Shown here piece by piece: positions 40,280-42,139 of a stretch of DNA of 42,139 nucleotides (position 1 is its first letter; every line of letters begins with the position of its first letter). Under the pieces are notes generated by a model. It saw nothing but the letters and a program-made list of their open reading frames with translations. It had not been told where the DNA came from and ran no database searches. Made by a program: the position numbers and the translations under genes. Source of the DNA: Candidatus Doudnabacteria bacterium (GTDB taxonomy: Bacteria; Patescibacteriota; Doudnabacteria; UBA920; 2-01-FULL-46-14); NCBI GenBank assembly GCA_041497195.1, contig JBGQGB010000002.1:1-42139 (forward strand). The letters are read 5' to 3'.

Positions 40280-41209
40280 ATGCATACTCCCGTTCTTTTA
40301 CAAGAGGTTCTCCAATATCTCGATCCAAAGCCCAAAGAGAAATATATAGATGCTACCGTGGGGGCAGGCGGCCATACCAGGGCAATTTTAGGGAGAGGCG
40401 GGCGCGTATTGGGACTGGATCGCGACAGCGAGGCAATCAAAAATTTGAGCCAGGTTTTTTCCCAGGAACTCAAAAGTGGTCAGCTCACTCTGGTCCAGGC
40501 GAATTTCGCCGAAATTGGCAACGCAGCTGAAACCGAAGGATTCACTGGCGCGGCTGGGATACTTTTTGACCTCGGCCTGTCGGGCGACCAGCTCGATGAA
40601 GCCAAGCGCGGGTTTGCTTTCCAAAAAGACGGCCCCCTGGATATGCGCTTTGATCAGAATCAGAAACTCAACGCGCACCAAATCCTGAATTATTATCCCG
40701 AGGCGGAGCTTTTGGAGATTTTCTATAAATTTGGCGAGGAGCGCCAATTTGGGCGCAAAGTCGCCAGGGCGATTATGGAAGCGCGCAAACTCAAAACCCT
40801 GGACACAACTGGAGAACTTTTCGAACTTATCAAACAAGCTCTGCCGGCAAAGTTCCGGCACCGCGGCGGCGATACCGCCAGACGCATTTTCATGAGTTTG
40901 CGGATCGCGGTCAACGACGAGTTGGGGAACATTGAAAGGGCATTGCCACAAGCCCTCGACATTCTGAAGATTCACGGAAGGCTTGTGGGGATATCGTTTC
41001 ATTCCCTGGAAGACCGGATTATTAAAACGTTTATTAATCTGGAAGCGCGCGGCTGCATCTGTCCGCCGGAATTTCCGATTTGCATTTGCGGACACAAGGC
41101 CAGGCTCAAGATTCTGACGAAAAAACCGGTTCTCGCGGGGGAGGAAGAAACAAAAATCAACTCCCGCTCTCGCAGCGCCAAACTCCGGGCTGCCGAGCGG
41201 ATTCTCTAA
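40280..41209 (+). CDS. rsmH: 16S rRNA m4C1402 methyltransferase RsmH
   Basis: HTPVLLQEV, DATVGAGGH, DLGLS, PLDMRFD, SFHSLEDR, SRSAKLR. Confidence 0.97.
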   Translation: MHTPVLLQEVLQYLDPKPKEKYIDATVGAGGHTRAILGRGGRVLGLDRDSEAIKNLSQVFSQELKSGQLTLVQANFAEIGNAAETEGFTGAAGILFDLGLSGDQLDEAKRGFAFQKDGPLDMRFDQNQKLNAHQILNYYPEAELLEIFYKFGEERQFGRKVARAIMEARKLKTLDTTGELFELIKQALPAKFRHRGGDTARRIFMSLRIAVNDELGNIERALPQALDILKIHGRLVGISFHSLEDRIIKTFINLEARGCICPPEFPICICGHKARLKILTKKPVLAGEEETKINSRSRSAKLRAAERIL

Positions 41210-41234
41210 AATCATTATTAAGTTCTGCTGCACT

Positions 41235-41585
41235 ATGGGAAGATATTTTGCCCTGACTCTGGGCATTCCCGCTCAAATCAAAACCAAACCGGCGAAGGCC
41301 ATGCCTCAGAGCCGGACCAATTGGGGTATTTGGATAGTCATCCTGTTTTTTGTCATGGGGGTCGTCTATCTCACCCAGGTCAACAGCACGGCCACCAAAG
41401 GCTACGAGATCAAAAAACTTGATACTGAGCTCAACGCCTTGAAAGAATCCAATAAGCGGCTGGACCTCGAAACCGCTTCCCTCAAATCCATCCAGCACAT
41501 CGAAGCCTCGGTAAAAAATCTCAATCTAGTGCCGAGCGGGAAGGTCCAGTATGTCGGGCAAAATGGTTACGCCTTCCAAAATTAA
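41235..41585 (+). CDS. ftsL: Cell division protein FtsL-like
   Basis: Position between rsmH and the PBP gene; one TM followed by a coiled coil. Confidence 0.7.
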   Translation: MGRYFALTLGIPAQIKTKPAKAMPQSRTNWGIWIVILFFVMGVVYLTQVNSTATKGYEIKKLDTELNALKESNKRLDLETASLKSIQHIEASVKNLNLVPSGKVQYVGQNGYAFQN

Positions 41586-42139
41586 ATGAAGTCCCGCTCC
41601 GTTTTTCTCTATATTTTTTTTCTAATTTTTACCGCCGCCGTGATCGCGCGGCTTTTTTCGCTGCAAATCCTCAACCACGAAGTCTATCAAGCCCTGGCCG
41701 ACAACCAGCACCAATTGTTTGAAAAGCTCGTCCCGGTGCGCGGCGAGATCTCCATTGCCGAGGGACAGGGCGGCAAAACCGTTTCCGTAGTGACTAATAT
41801 AGAAAAAAACCTCGTCTACGGGGTGCCGCCCGAGATTGGCGACAAGACCGGAACAGCGGCCAAACTTTCTGTCATCCTGGGTGTGCCCAAAAATGAGATA
41901 CTGGCCAAAATCTCAGACAACTCGCGCAAATGGGTGGCGATTCAAAAAGAACTGCCTGAGGATGTTTCCCTGTCCATCCAAAAATTGAAATTAGCCGGGA
42001 TTTATTTGGAAGCGCAAACGTACCGGACGTACCCCGAGGGCGCGTTTGCCTCGCAAATCCTCGGTTTCCTCGGAAACAAGGATGGCCAGCCAGCCGGCCA
42101 GTACGGCATTGAGGAGTATTTCAATTCGGCTCTGGGCGG
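41586..42139 (+). CDS. ftsI: Penicillin-binding transpeptidase FtsI/PBP2, 5' part (runs off the window)
   Basis: MKSRSVF...ARLFSLQIL...VPVRGEI...RTYPEGAFASQILGF; PBP dimerisation-domain pattern. Confidence 0.85.
   Translation, partial: MKSRSVFLYIFFLIFTAAVIARLFSLQILNHEVYQALADNQHQLFEKLVPVRGEISIAEGQGGKTVSVVTNIEKNLVYGVPPEIGDKTGTAAKLSVILGVPKNEILAKISDNSRKWVAIQKELPEDVSLSIQKLKLAGIYLEAQTYRTYPEGAFASQILGFLGNKDGQPAGQYGIEEYFNSALG

Noticed and set aside
40388-41266. 292-aa antisense ORF
   Set aside because: Shadow of rsmH.
1-42139. UGA recoding (genetic code 25) or an encoded integrase/transposase
   Set aside because: TGA ends several conserved genes (e.g. 15655, 26314, 39553) with full-length products, and no recombinase or transposase motif was seen in any ORF.

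Overview
42-kb bacterial chromosome segment whose gene content and style point to a Patescibacteria/CPR organism (inference from the ECF-sigma/MacAB block, CPR-type hypothetical proteins and REP-like palindromes; no taxonomic marker search was run). Left to right: 3' part of a large Ig/SdrD-repeat surface protein; a possible integration scar; a two-component cluster (receiver-only regulator, two kinases); an SH3b protein; tRNA-Thr(GGU) split by a 191-nt group I intron and preceded by an orphan copy of its own 5' half; rpmG; two accessory cassettes stacked at a triplicated 3' end of a metallophosphoesterase gene; an ECF sigma/anti-sigma/MacAB-like operon; an MFS exporter; a cold-shock gene; an accessory stretch ending at tRNA-Trp; an isolated, divergent purL-purQ pair; yjbQ; CAP, pcm and mltG genes; rplJ-rplL with an L10 leader; a stand-alone 35-aa acidic micro-ORF; a lexA/Y-family polymerase SOS block; and the start of the dcw cluster (mraZ, rsmH, ftsL, ftsI). 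No integrase, transposase or CRISPR array is visible. The strongest novel signals are (i) self-contained accessory gene cassettes bounded by short direct repeats that coincide with a gene end and/or terminator hairpins, (ii) the intron-split tRNA-Thr with a duplicated 5' half, and (iii) the orphan PurL with an altered substrate motif. All calls come from reading the sequence and motifs by eye; no database searches or folding programs were run.
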